Positions 7,962-16,881 of a stretch of DNA of 25,858 nt are shown here, in pieces. The notes under the pieces are model-generated. The model saw only the letters and a list, made by a program, of their open reading frames with translations. It made no database searches and was not told where the DNA came from. The position numbers were made by a program, and so were the translations under genes. Position 1 is the stretch's first letter; each line of letters opens with the position of its first letter. The stretch is taken from positions 1 through 25,858 of the IMG/VR virus record IMGVR_UViG_3300033067_002211; one strand, given 5' to 3'. The stretch is from a virus (lineage: Duplodnaviria > Caudoviricetes).

Positions 7962-8399
7962 ATGGATAATGGTATCAAAATATCAGAGGCGGCTAGGGAA
8001 GCCGTAGAAGATTACGGCAGGCAGACCGTGTTGCAGATGCTGCAGATTCTCCAAGAGAGCGGCAAGTACGCCTCTGGTGCACTTGCGCGCAGTCTGCGCC
8101 ACGAGGTGCGCGAGACGGCCGAGGGCCTCACCGTGATTTTCGACGGCGCGGACCACGCCAAGTACGTTGACTCCGGACGCAGACCAGGCTCCATGCCGCC
8201 ATCAGGGGCGCTACTTGGCTGGATGTCGCTCAAGGGCATACCCAAGGAGGCCGAGTGGCCGATAAGGCGCAGCATATTCCTGTTCGGAATAGAGCCTACG
8301 CCGTTCATAGACCAGTCCATAGACGGCAACGCCTACCTGCTCGGACAGGCGCTGGACGAGGCCGTCCTGGTGTCAGTAGAGGAAGCGTTGCGTCGCTGA
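7962..8399 (+). CDS. Neck/tail-completion protein (HK97 gp10-like)
   Basis: ASGALARSL, YVDSGRRPGSMPP...WMSLKGI and GIEPTPFI motifs. Confidence 0.7.
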   Translation: MDNGIKISEAAREAVEDYGRQTVLQMLQILQESGKYASGALARSLRHEVRETAEGLTVIFDGADHAKYVDSGRRPGSMPPSGALLGWMSLKGIPKEAEWPIRRSIFLFGIEPTPFIDQSIDGNAYLLGQALDEAVLVSVEEALRR

Positions 8400-8418
8400 C
8401 GAACGCCCTGCGCGGTCT

Positions 8419-8429
8419 GCGTATATAAC
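8419..8429 (+). promoter_or_regulatory. Putative late promoter motif GCGTATATAAC, copy 2
   Basis: Intergenic; 7 nt separate TATATA from ATG 8435. Confidence 0.7.
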
Positions 8430-8434
8430 GCAGC

Positions 8435-10303
8435 ATGATAACCATAATAGACGGGCCAAACATGGCCGAGTTCCACCCGGTATACAACAGGATAGTTTTC
8501 AGGGTAGATTCAGACCTGAAGGCTAACGATAACTTCAGGTACGTGGCGAAGCTGTGGATGAACGGCAAGTCTACCTCGCTCGACCCCGACCTCACTCTGA
8601 AGGTGCACCCCAACACGTCTAAAGGTGGTGTTGGCGAGTTCTCTGTAGGCAGGCTTTTGCAGGACTACGTGTCCATGGACTTCTTCGTGCAGTCTGGTGG
8701 TTACAAGGAATGCCAGCAGTCCTACGCTTACTTTGAGATAGGTTTCGGGGAGGAGTACACCGCGTACACGACCGGAGGAGACGCGTACCAGGTGGAGACG
8801 GCAAACAACGACCTGGAGATGTACACAGACGCTACTTACGACTATGTGTACGTGTGGAATGGTGCGTTTCAGCCACAGTCTTTGGTTGACAAGTACAGGT
8901 ACGACGGATATGAACTGGTAAACGTGGTGACGTCTCCGAACGCATACGAGTTCAACCAGAGGTTCAAGAAGAGGTTCTTGACCGGTCGCTCCAAGTCTAT
9001 AAATGTCAACGCCGGCTCCGAGCACTACCTGTACTACCTGGTCTCCCCTTGGGAGAACCACACCCTGAGCGCAGGCGCCGACATTTCGTTGCCTTCTAAC
9101 CTAAAAATGGTAGTAAAGACGTACGACGATGCCAACAACCAGCTTGCGCAGATGGTTATGAACCTTCCAATAGACATCGGAATGTACGCCATACCGTGCG
9201 GTCCGTTGAATCTGAACGGCCTTTCTGACTACTACAGCTATGACATACTAGACTTGAACGGCGATGCGGCGCTCGACATAGACATATTGAACGAGACTGC
9301 CATGCTTGTGGGGGAGGGCGTAACCAAATATGAGGTCTACCTGGCTTGGGGTTCTACCACGGACAACGACCAGGCGAACGACGGGCACGTCTACAGCGAC
9401 GTGCACACGTTCTACGTGAAGTGCCCGGAACCAGACAGGACGCTCACAAACGTGCACTGGCTCAACCCGTACGGAGGGTACGACACCATAACCATGTACG
9501 GGACGGAGGACGACAACGTGGTGGACGTGAACAGGACTCAGATGGACAGGATAGACCCGGATGTGCCGCAGTACTACGCGGCTGGGGCTGGAGCGGACGC
9601 TCCTGGATTCACGTCTATGTCGGCGTCTTTTGGTGGCACCAACAACATAGGCGTGTACGGGTTCAACCAGAAGACGCTCAGGAGCGGCTACACGACGCTG
9701 GACGAGCTGAGGTATACGCAGACCATGTTCACCAGTCCGGACGTGCGCACGACTAAGGTGCTGTCTCCTTACTTGGTGACAGATGTCACAAGAGTTCCAG
9801 ACCCGAACCTGACCGGCGCGTGGGACTATACGTTCTTTCTCAGGCAGAAAGACGTCGACAGACAAGGCGACGCGTTTTTGGAGTCAAACTTCTGCCACGT
9901 CGACTACGTGACTTACCCGCTAGAGGATGAACTGGCCGTGAAAGTGCAGCGACAGATAGTGTCCAATAACCTCCAATCACAAGCCTTTGGAGTTCCAACT
10001 ATAGAGGTGCGAATAAAACCAGGCGGAGAGGGCGTGAACAACAACGTTTGGACCAGCGGCGACCTAGATTTGACTGCCGTTTGGTCTGCACCTGGTACGA
10101 CAAAGGGTGCAAAGAGGCTGAAGATATGGCCTATACTTAACTACCAGGAACCAAACCAGTCTACTGTAGGGTACGTAAACATGTTCCAGCCAGTTATTGT
10201 TGAGGACACTAGCCACCAGCTTCCTAACGGGAAGAGCAGGAGACCAGAGCTCCAGATAACCGTGAGGACCGGAAGGATAAATACGCAGAGGGGCACAAGG
10301 TAA
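8435..10303 (+). CDS. Tail/baseplate structural protein (distal-tail-like), 622 aa
   Basis: NFRYVAKLWMNG, RFLT, HWLNPYGGYDT and MFTSPDV motifs; beta-rich; sits among tail genes. Confidence 0.65.
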   Translation: MITIIDGPNMAEFHPVYNRIVFRVDSDLKANDNFRYVAKLWMNGKSTSLDPDLTLKVHPNTSKGGVGEFSVGRLLQDYVSMDFFVQSGGYKECQQSYAYFEIGFGEEYTAYTTGGDAYQVETANNDLEMYTDATYDYVYVWNGAFQPQSLVDKYRYDGYELVNVVTSPNAYEFNQRFKKRFLTGRSKSINVNAGSEHYLYYLVSPWENHTLSAGADISLPSNLKMVVKTYDDANNQLAQMVMNLPIDIGMYAIPCGPLNLNGLSDYYSYDILDLNGDAALDIDILNETAMLVGEGVTKYEVYLAWGSTTDNDQANDGHVYSDVHTFYVKCPEPDRTLTNVHWLNPYGGYDTITMYGTEDDNVVDVNRTQMDRIDPDVPQYYAAGAGADAPGFTSMSASFGGTNNIGVYGFNQKTLRSGYTTLDELRYTQTMFTSPDVRTTKVLSPYLVTDVTRVPDPNLTGAWDYTFFLRQKDVDRQGDAFLESNFCHVDYVTYPLEDELAVKVQRQIVSNNLQSQAFGVPTIEVRIKPGGEGVNNNVWTSGDLDLTAVWSAPGTTKGAKRLKIWPILNYQEPNQSTVGYVNMFQPVIVEDTSHQLPNGKSRRPELQITVRTGRINTQRGTR

Positions 10304-10304
10304 C

Positions 10305-13178
10305 ATGGAAACCAAAATAGTAGCATACGGTGCAACAAACAACTACTCGGAGGCACAGGAGCTCGACCTGTTCACAGACGCCGACGTCAAACTGAACTAT
10401 TCGGTGGGCGACATAACTCAGGCCGATAAGAAGCGTTCTGAGTTTTCCAGGACTATAGTGCTCCCGGGAACCAGGAAAAACCTACTTTACTTCTCACAGA
10501 TATACGGACCGGGTGTGGTCCGCGGTAACTTCAACCCGAAGGTTCGCGTTAACGCGTCTGTATTCAGGGACGGTAAGGAGGTAATGAACGGGTACATGAG
10601 GCTCTACAAGGTGACTCACGGTACGTACGAGGGTGACATGTCTCTGGAGGTGAACATAATCGGTAAGACCGCAGACTTTATACAGGAGATAGGCGCCAAG
10701 ACGCTGCCGGAGCTGGACCTTTCAAGGTACAACCACACGTACGAGCTGGACAGCGTGTTGGGCTCGTGGGGGCCAGGTGGTAAGACTGTTGCGTCTCCCA
10801 GTCTGGACGGATTCATATTCAAGGACGGTTCCTACTACGAGAACCTCGTCAGGGGCACTATGCAGTACGGCACGCTCGACAGGTACATAGAGGACGGCAG
10901 GCTACAGGTGCAGACGGTGTCAGGGCCGCACGGGCTCCAGGAGGGCGACGTCGTGTACCTGCGCGGTGACGCTACTTACGGTAACAACTACGAGAGTGTA
11001 GTGCCTACTGGCGCTAGTTTCAGCAAATCCTGGTGGACTCAGCACTGGAGCGGCTGTCACACAGTTATAAAGGTAAGGGATGCGCAGACGTTCGTCGTGA
11101 ACGTGCCTTACTACTACAACTGGAATAGATTGGTTGCAACAGGCACTAACATTGGTGCCGAGTGGTCGTTGATAAATAATACTGCAACACCTATGATAAC
11201 TGTCAACCCCGGGCAGTACCCAGAGTCGCCCCTGACCAACTTCACGTGCAAGTTCTACAAGGTTTCTTCGACAGGAGAAGGCTACGTCTACCCGATGATA
11301 AACAGGAGGAAGTCCACAACCACAAAAACCGACTGGAGGTTCGACTCGTACACGTGGCCTAACACTTCTGGCGCTCAGAATGAAACGCCGGAGTGGCTGC
11401 CTGCGACCTACGTCAAGACGGTCGTAGACGCCATATTCAGCGAGGCTGGATATAGCTACGAATCTGATTTCTTTGACTCAGAGTTCTTCAAAAGGCTCAT
11501 AGTGCCCTGGAACGGCACCAACCTAAACCCAGGCACAATATTCACCACCAGTTTGGTGTCTTTGTCTCCGCCTGATGCGACAGGACAGATGACTCTTAAG
11601 TATAATGAAACTACTGAATCTCGCAATGGTAGGTGGAAAATAGAACCAGTAACAGGTGGTGTTGATCAAGTTTTTGCAGATGTTGCTATTTTTTGGAATA
11701 GAGCATCTGACGGAGACCATAGGGGTGTCATTTCGTTTGATAGCGATACTGTGATAAAAGTCAACGAAACGACAATATACAACATAAGCTTTGCAGCCGA
11801 CCTTGAAAATAACGCAGTAAGACCAGGTTATGGAGAACACCTTACTACACTCGGTAACCGGGGTGACCATATTCCGTTTATTCTTAACATAGTAGATTCT
11901 GTTACCAACAACGTTGTTGCTTCCATGCCTTACAAAAGACCTGGTTACAAGCATGGACAAATAAACATAGGCACTGGCGTAAATTTGTCTACTAGAGTAA
12001 AACTTGAGGCTAACAAAGTGTACAAGATAAACTACACTTTTGACTACAGGACTTGGATATTAATAGCTAGTGGGCCAGATTTCGACAAGGCTGCGCAGAT
12101 AGACTTTGCTTCCAACTACGGCGTGACCAACCAAGCCATGACGTTGGTGCCGATAGCGGCAGTAAGATACGGCGACGTTCTCAACATATCTAACTTCCTG
12201 CCGAAGATAAAGTGCAGCGACTTCATCACTGAGCTGTTCAGGATGTTCAACCTGTACTCTGTGACGTCAGATTCCGGCGAGAAGACGCTGCGCATAGAGC
12301 CCTACAACGAGTTCTTCACTGACGACGCGATAGACTGGACGCAGAAGCTTGACACATCTAGGCCTTTTGACGTTCTGCCTGTTGGTCTACTGACAGACCG
12401 CGTGTTCAAATACGCCTACAAGGAGGACAGCGATGACAACACAACTGCTTCAAACGAAAAGTACCAGAAGCTGTGGCTGGAGACCATCGGTACGGCGTCG
12501 AAGGACACGCAGACCGAGCCCGTCAGCTCCGAGAAAACGATAGAGCTGCTTTCCAGCCCTACTCCGCTGGGTAGCTTTGACGTAAGTGTTGACGGCGACG
12601 GCACCACCGCAAACCCAAGGATAGGCTGGTACTTCGCGCAGCCGTGGATGAGGTACGCGACGGTGGAGCCCAACCAGAAGTTCAACTGGAGGATACTCTA
12701 CTACCAGGGTACCAGGTATAGTCACGACCAGCTTGCCGTGAACGCGGGTGGCACGGCAGCGGGCGGTTCGCTCACCTACACAAGGCTGTACCCGTTTGCA
12801 GGTCAGCAGGACAGTCCGCAGGACCCCACGCTCGATTTGGGCTTCGAGGTGCCATTGGAGGTCTACGTGCCTACGCTGAAGTGGACGCAGAACAACCTGT
12901 TCAACAGGTTCTACAACACCAAGCTGCAGACGGTCGCTAACAGGGACGCCAAACTGGTGCGTGGGTACTTCTACCTCACCGAAAAGGACATAAACGAGCT
13001 GGATTTCAGGAAGACAATAGTTGTAGACGGCATCTCGTACGTGCTGAACCAGGTGATAAACTACGACGCGTACTCGAGCCAGCCGACGCAGGTGGAGCTG
13101 TACACAAAGGGCATAAGGTATGTGCCAGACATATACGGCTCATCGATAGACGTGACGCAAGACGAATTAGGAGACTAA
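10305..13178 (+). CDS. Tail tip / baseplate hub protein, 957 aa
   Basis: LDLF..., FSRTIVLPGT, YVYPMIN, PATYVKTVVDAIF...GYSYESDFF, LFRMFNLY, IEPY...IDWTQKLD and DINELDFRKTI motifs, with inserted domains. Confidence 0.75.
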   Translation: METKIVAYGATNNYSEAQELDLFTDADVKLNYSVGDITQADKKRSEFSRTIVLPGTRKNLLYFSQIYGPGVVRGNFNPKVRVNASVFRDGKEVMNGYMRLYKVTHGTYEGDMSLEVNIIGKTADFIQEIGAKTLPELDLSRYNHTYELDSVLGSWGPGGKTVASPSLDGFIFKDGSYYENLVRGTMQYGTLDRYIEDGRLQVQTVSGPHGLQEGDVVYLRGDATYGNNYESVVPTGASFSKSWWTQHWSGCHTVIKVRDAQTFVVNVPYYYNWNRLVATGTNIGAEWSLINNTATPMITVNPGQYPESPLTNFTCKFYKVSSTGEGYVYPMINRRKSTTTKTDWRFDSYTWPNTSGAQNETPEWLPATYVKTVVDAIFSEAGYSYESDFFDSEFFKRLIVPWNGTNLNPGTIFTTSLVSLSPPDATGQMTLKYNETTESRNGRWKIEPVTGGVDQVFADVAIFWNRASDGDHRGVISFDSDTVIKVNETTIYNISFAADLENNAVRPGYGEHLTTLGNRGDHIPFILNIVDSVTNNVVASMPYKRPGYKHGQINIGTGVNLSTRVKLEANKVYKINYTFDYRTWILIASGPDFDKAAQIDFASNYGVTNQAMTLVPIAAVRYGDVLNISNFLPKIKCSDFITELFRMFNLYSVTSDSGEKTLRIEPYNEFFTDDAIDWTQKLDTSRPFDVLPVGLLTDRVFKYAYKEDSDDNTTASNEKYQKLWLETIGTASKDTQTEPVSSEKTIELLSSPTPLGSFDVSVDGDGTTANPRIGWYFAQPWMRYATVEPNQKFNWRILYYQGTRYSHDQLAVNAGGTAAGGSLTYTRLYPFAGQQDSPQDPTLDLGFEVPLEVYVPTLKWTQNNLFNRFYNTKLQTVANRDAKLVRGYFYLTEKDINELDFRKTIVVDGISYVLNQVINYDAYSSQPTQVELYTKGIRYVPDIYGSSIDVTQDELGD

Positions 13179-13182
13179 AGCA

Positions 13183-14625
13183 ATGATAGACAATAACATA
13201 ATAAGGACCAAAGGTGTCAGGAGCGAGGCAATGAATTTCTACGTGTCTGGCTCCGAGAACCTGATAGGGTACAACTGCGACAGGGTGATAATAGTGGGAG
13301 ACAGGAACACTGTGGCCGATGGTTGCTCTAACGTGCTGCTCTTCAACACCAGTGACGTCGACGTGACAGAATCTGACGTTGTGTACGTCGACGGCGTAAG
13401 ACTCCGACTAGGCGGCCAGGAGGCTGGAGACGTGTTTCAGTTCGTCGGCGGAGAGTGGGTCGGAACGAGGGCAGGCCAGACGATAAACGGCATAGTGTTC
13501 GTCTCCTCTAAAGACGATTTGCCCACACCGGTTAGCGGCGTGATATACCTGGATGACGAGACCACTTATTTCATAACCACAGACGTTGACCTCGACGGAG
13601 ACAGAATAGTTGCCGGCCAGGACACGTCGATAATAGGTGGCTCCAGCGAGAGCTGCGTGCTGAGGTCTACAGGGTTGACGGGCGTGGCGCTCATAACATC
13701 GTTGTGGAGCTTGCCTATGCGCAACGTGTCTGTGACGGCAGACGTTGCACTTGACCTAGACGCGTCTGGTAACCCAGGAGCTGCTCTTGACTGGTTCGGT
13801 GTAAACTTTGTTGACTGTCCTACGATAGGAACCGTTGCCAATTATGCAAATTTTATAGCGCAAGACTGCGGATTTCTCAACAGCGCAGGCATGTCTTTTG
13901 AAGGAAGCATAGGCACAGTCGGGTTCTCGCAGTGTATATTCGATGTGTCGTCTGGAGACACTATGTTGTCTCTGGCCGCCAGCGCTACAATAACAAGAAG
14001 GTTCCGTATAATTTATTCTGCGTTTGTTGCTCAGACGGGTGAGACGTGTTTGGATGTAGATGTTTCTAGCAATATACCAGTCGAGGGGTACATACTAGAT
14101 ACTGTGTCATTTAGCGGTGGAGGAACATACGTCAGCGGCGTGCAACACACGGACAACAAAGCGCTCTGGGTTAACAACAAGGGGATAAACAATTCTGCGT
14201 CGCTAGGTTTCATGACAATGTCCACCAACGTGACGCCCACCGTTGTAGCAGAAGCCAACGTTGCCTACAAGGCTGCAGGTACGACGACGCTTGATTCTGT
14301 CACACAGAAGTTTGAGATGCCGCTGGATAACAGGCTTTCTTACGTCGGAGCAATAACAAGACATTTTAAGGTGACAGTGACTGCCACTCTTAGTGCAGGA
14401 AACAACCAGAGGATAGGCATATACGTTGCAAAAAACGGTTCGGTTCTCACAAACAGCGAGAACTACTCTACAACAAACGCATCTAGCAGGGTCGAAAACA
14501 TGAGCTGCCAGACTATCGTTGAATTACAGTCAGGCAATTACGTTGAGGTGTTTGTAGAAAATGACACCCACGCAACAAACATAGTAGTTGAACGCATGTC
14601 CGTGATAGTGGAGGCCCTCAACTGA
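13183..14625 (+). CDS. Tail fibre/spike with beta-helix-like core and C1q/TNF-like C-terminal domain, 480 aa
   Basis: Repeating V/I-x-G-x-N strands; C-terminus IYVAKNG...IVELQSGNYVEVFVEN is typical of C1q/BclA-like jelly-roll heads. Confidence 0.65.
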   Translation: MIDNNIIRTKGVRSEAMNFYVSGSENLIGYNCDRVIIVGDRNTVADGCSNVLLFNTSDVDVTESDVVYVDGVRLRLGGQEAGDVFQFVGGEWVGTRAGQTINGIVFVSSKDDLPTPVSGVIYLDDETTYFITTDVDLDGDRIVAGQDTSIIGGSSESCVLRSTGLTGVALITSLWSLPMRNVSVTADVALDLDASGNPGAALDWFGVNFVDCPTIGTVANYANFIAQDCGFLNSAGMSFEGSIGTVGFSQCIFDVSSGDTMLSLAASATITRRFRIIYSAFVAQTGETCLDVDVSSNIPVEGYILDTVSFSGGGTYVSGVQHTDNKALWVNNKGINNSASLGFMTMSTNVTPTVVAEANVAYKAAGTTTLDSVTQKFEMPLDNRLSYVGAITRHFKVTVTATLSAGNNQRIGIYVAKNGSVLTNSENYSTTNASSRVENMSCQTIVELQSGNYVEVFVENDTHATNIVVERMSVIVEALN

Positions 14626-14644
14626 CGTGCACGGCGCCTGCCGC

Positions 14645-14655
14645 GCGTATATAAC
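14645..14655 (+). promoter_or_regulatory. Putative late promoter motif GCGTATATAAC, copy 3
   Basis: Intergenic, before the tape measure ATG at 14673. Confidence 0.7.
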
Positions 14656-14672
14656 TGCAGCCCACCCTTAAT

Positions 14673-16832
14673 ATGGCAGACAAGAAGATAATTTACGAGG
14701 TAGAGGTAGACACCTCAAACGCGGACGCGTCGATAGGCGGACTGAGCGACGCCGTAGACCAGAACGTTGAGTCCCTCAGGGACCTTAAACAGGCCCTCAG
14801 GGAGGCCAAGGACGCACAGGCCCAGGCCCTGGAGCAGTTCGGCGCTTCGTCCGAGCAGTTCCTTGAGGCTTCTAAGCGTGCAGGAGTGCTTAAGGACAGG
14901 ATAAACGACATAAACGAGAGCGCCGCTGCGTTTGCCGGCGGCTCTAAGTTCGAGGTTTTCGGCAACACTCTGGGCCAGGTAACAGGAAAGCTGCGAGATT
15001 TGGACTTCTCCGGGGCAGCCGAGAGTGCAAAGAACCTGGCCCAGCAGTCTGGTAAGATTAAGTTTGGCGAGGCGGTGAAGGGCGCGAAGGACCTAGGCAG
15101 CACGTTCCTCAGCATAGGAAGGGCGCTGCTGGCCAATCCACTGTTCCTGATAGTTGGCACCGTGGTCGCGATAGGCGCAGCTGCTGTAGCATTGAGGGAC
15201 AAGATAAAGCCGCTGGCTGCTGCGTTTGACTTCCTCGGAGGGATAATAGACACGGTGGTGCAGGCAGGAAAGGACTTCCTAGACTTTGTCGGCTTAGCCA
15301 CGTTCGCACAGGACGAGTTGACTGCAAAAACAGTCGAGGGCGCAGACAAAATGTCGAAGGCCATAGAGGCTAGGTACACAAGGGAGATAGCTTTGGCGAA
15401 GGCTGCAGGCGAGGACACGTTCAGGCTGGAACAGGAGAAGCTTCAGGCGCTGCTTGACGCCAACAAGAGGGCGATAGACGCGCTGGAGGAGAAGAAGAAG
15501 CGTGCCGGGGAGCTGAACGAGGACGAGCTAAAAGACCTGGAGGAGAGGCTGGACAAGCAGGAGAAGCTACAGACCGACTACGACGCCAACGTGATAGCCA
15601 GGGCCACTAAGGCTAGGGAGGCTGCCGCGAAGGCCGAGGAGACTGCCAGGAAGGAGCAGGAGGCGAAAGCCAGGGCTGCAGCGGAGAAGAGGATAGCCGA
15701 CGAGAGGAAGCTGGGCGAGCAGGTGCGCGAGGAGCGCGAGGAGCAGGAGCTGGCTGCCATAGCCGACGCCGAGCAGCGAGACATAAAGAGGCTCGAGTTC
15801 GAAAAGAAGCGCAGGAACGAGGAGATAAGGGCCACCACGGCATCTAATTCCGTGAAGAACCAAGCGCTCAAGGCGTCAGACGACCAGTTCCAACGCGAGC
15901 GCGCTGCCGTGGAGGAGAAGTACAGGAAGGAAAGGGAGGAGAAGGACAGGGCAGCCAGGGAGAAGGCCGAACAGGAGCGTCGCGAGGCCAACGAGAAGCT
16001 TGAGGCCGAGCTCAAAAGACTTGCGGAGGGAGCGGCAGACGCCGAGGTGCAGGCCTACCAGAGGCTAGTGGACGCGTCCCAGCAAAGGCTAGAAGACGTC
16101 AAAAAGACGGCGCCATTCTTCGTTAAGGCTGTGCAGGCTATAGACGACCAGACCATTGCGTACAGGCGCGAGCTGCTGAAGAAGCAGCGTGAGCAGGAAC
16201 TGCTAGACGAGAACCTCACTGGTGCGCAGAAGGAGGCGATAAACGCCAAGTACAGGGCGCTTGACGAGCAGCTCACGCGCGAATCGGAACAGAGGAAGCT
16301 GCAAAACAAGCTGGACGCCGCACAGTCTGCCGTCAACGTGGCGCAGCAGGGAGCAGAAGCCATATCTAGCATAAACAACCTGCTCGCACAGTTGGACGAG
16401 AACAGGGTCAGGAAGGGCGAGAAGACCTCGCTCGAGGCGCAGAAGTCACAGTTCAGACGTACGAAGGCACTTAGCCTTGTCAACGCCGGCATAAACACCG
16501 CCCAGGCCATACTGCAGGCCATAGCGCAGTTCGGTCCGCCTCCCAGCCCGCTCGGTATAGCAGGCATAGCCAGCGCATCCGTGATAGGAGCCGCTCAGAT
16601 AGCAGCCATAGCTGCCAAGAAGTTCGACGGCGGCGACTCAGGCACCGGCGGAGCCGGTCCTACGCCGTCGCTCGGTAACCTGTCCGCCGGTGCCAGCCAG
16701 CCTGTCTACAGGCCGATGACGCCACAGGTAGTGGTGTCTCAGCCCGGCGCACAGCGCGTGTACGTGGTCGAATCGGACATAACCAACACCCAGCGCCGTG
16801 TTGCAAACGTCAGGGACGCATCCTCATTCTAA
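14673..16832 (+). CDS. Tail tape measure protein, 719 aa
   Basis: Long A/E/K/R-rich helical protein with ANPLFLIVGTVVAIGAA and C-terminal hydrophobic segments, ending VYVVESDITNTQ. Confidence 0.85.
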   Translation: MADKKIIYEVEVDTSNADASIGGLSDAVDQNVESLRDLKQALREAKDAQAQALEQFGASSEQFLEASKRAGVLKDRINDINESAAAFAGGSKFEVFGNTLGQVTGKLRDLDFSGAAESAKNLAQQSGKIKFGEAVKGAKDLGSTFLSIGRALLANPLFLIVGTVVAIGAAAVALRDKIKPLAAAFDFLGGIIDTVVQAGKDFLDFVGLATFAQDELTAKTVEGADKMSKAIEARYTREIALAKAAGEDTFRLEQEKLQALLDANKRAIDALEEKKKRAGELNEDELKDLEERLDKQEKLQTDYDANVIARATKAREAAAKAEETARKEQEAKARAAAEKRIADERKLGEQVREEREEQELAAIADAEQRDIKRLEFEKKRRNEEIRATTASNSVKNQALKASDDQFQRERAAVEEKYRKEREEKDRAAREKAEQERREANEKLEAELKRLAEGAADAEVQAYQRLVDASQQRLEDVKKTAPFFVKAVQAIDDQTIAYRRELLKKQREQELLDENLTGAQKEAINAKYRALDEQLTRESEQRKLQNKLDAAQSAVNVAQQGAEAISSINNLLAQLDENRVRKGEKTSLEAQKSQFRRTKALSLVNAGINTAQAILQAIAQFGPPPSPLGIAGIASASVIGAAQIAAIAAKKFDGGDSGTGGAGPTPSLGNLSAGASQPVYRPMTPQVVVSQPGAQRVYVVESDITNTQRRVANVRDASSF

Positions 16833-16866
16833 CCTTCTGACCTCTGAGGAGCGCCCTGACGCATGT

Positions 16867-16875
16867 GCGTATATT
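16867..16875 (+). promoter_or_regulatory. Putative late promoter variant GCGTATATT, copy 4
   Basis: Intergenic; 6 nt before in-frame ATG 16882. Confidence 0.6.
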
Positions 16876-16881
16876 GCTGCG

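Noticed and set aside
13176-13185. Read-through fusion of the hub and C1q-fibre genes
   Set aside because: Different frames, no slippery site, and the second gene has its own ATG.
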